From Mustelus asterias (lineage: Eukaryota): a stretch of 64,000 nt of DNA. Below, in pieces: positions 63,190-64,000 of the stretch (the stretch's first letter is position 1; each line of letters opens with the position of its first letter). A model generated the notes under the pieces. It did no database searches. It saw nothing but the letters and a program-made list of their open reading frames with translations, and was not told the origin of the DNA. The translations under genes were made by a program, and so were the position numbers. The stretch is from positions 1,674,001 through 1,738,000 of the forward strand of contig NC_135830.1 of NCBI RefSeq assembly GCF_964213995.1, read 5' to 3'.

Positions 63190-63494
63190 CCACTACAGTC
63201 ATCCAGACTTTTTCACTTCTCTCTGAGATTATCTCCCGCCGTGGCACCATCTTTTTGTTAACACAGGAAATGACTCTGACCCGATGCCCAATGGGTTTTT
63301 GATGGTAAATATGACTCTAGTTTGCCATGCGACGGCTGTTTCGGTTTTGATTGGTTGATTTTGTTCCCCGCTGTACAAATTGAAGCTGCTCTCTGAATAT
63401 GTAGACGACGTCTCACAAATCACCTTGATCATTTATCCTCGCACAAATACATTATCTGGATGGTTAACTGACACTGTCGGTTTGCCCAGGGACC
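63190..63494 (-). pseudogene. C2-type Ig-domain exon A
   Basis: GSLGKPTVSVNHPDNVFVRG*MIKVIC...FNLY...SERSEKVWMTVV; stop, frameshift, donor reads GC instead of GT. Confidence 0.8.
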
Positions 63495-64000
63495 CTGTAA
63501 TGTTAGTAAGGAAGCACGTGAATTTTAAACACATAATACAAATAAGGTGAATGTAACCTCTCATGGCGAGATGTGTTGCCCCCCCCCCCCCCACCCCCGG
63601 CCCACACTCCCTAATGCAAAGTCTCGCCCACCTCTCCTTTCCAATTCTCCAAATCGAGCAGCATGCTGACATGGCTACTGTTCATTTGTCGCCAGATTTA
63701 CAGCAATGATTGTGGCAAATAATGACCACAAACCCTGACTCCGTTGGCATAGGAGGGAAAAGATTGTGAGCAGGCAATGTCGAAAAATTGTACAATTGTT
63801 GAATCTTAATAGGTCAGGAAAGATTGAAAAGGGTGGGGAAATTTCTATTCAAAGTCGAATGCTGCAAGGTCACCTGTTCATTGTCCCATGAGACAATTTA
63901 AGGGGTTTAGACAGAGTAGACAGAGAGAAAACGATTCCACTTGCAGGCGACGTCCCATCAACAAAAGTGCGTCATTACATTTTAGATAAGCATTGGAAAA

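Overview
Repeat-dense vertebrate genomic DNA from a cartilaginous fish, most likely a shark (many HE1-type V-SINEs with CR1-type tails, and a cluster-type IgH locus). Main contents: (1) a minus-strand IgM-type heavy-chain segment whose V is already fused in frame to D-like sequence and followed by a 12-bp-spacer RSS, facing an unjoined JH with a 23-RSS. This is a partially germline-joined VD(D)-J gene; no C exon is in the window. (2) Several KRAB-less C2H2 zinc-finger pseudogenes. Two of them form an inverted pair that shares a whole cassette: ancient SINE head, NRF1-motif CpG promoter, repeated linker exon and 3' region. (3) Two defective endogenous retroviruses: an RT-less mosaic element carrying env, and a gag-pol element with a 697-bp LTR, a tRNA-Ser(GCU) PBS and nested LINE/SINE insertions. 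(4) A degenerate two-gene PIF/Harbinger transposon. (5) One intact two-exon GPR139-like GPCR and a truncated paralogous block. (6) A pseudogenised FcR/LILR-like receptor with an A-B-A'-B' array of Ig exons. (7) Penelope-like element termini carrying minimal hammerhead ribozymes, two of them forming long palindromes in the presumed IgH J-C intron. No prokaryotic features or CRISPR arrays. Repeat boundaries are approximate, and family names come from motif recognition, not database searches.
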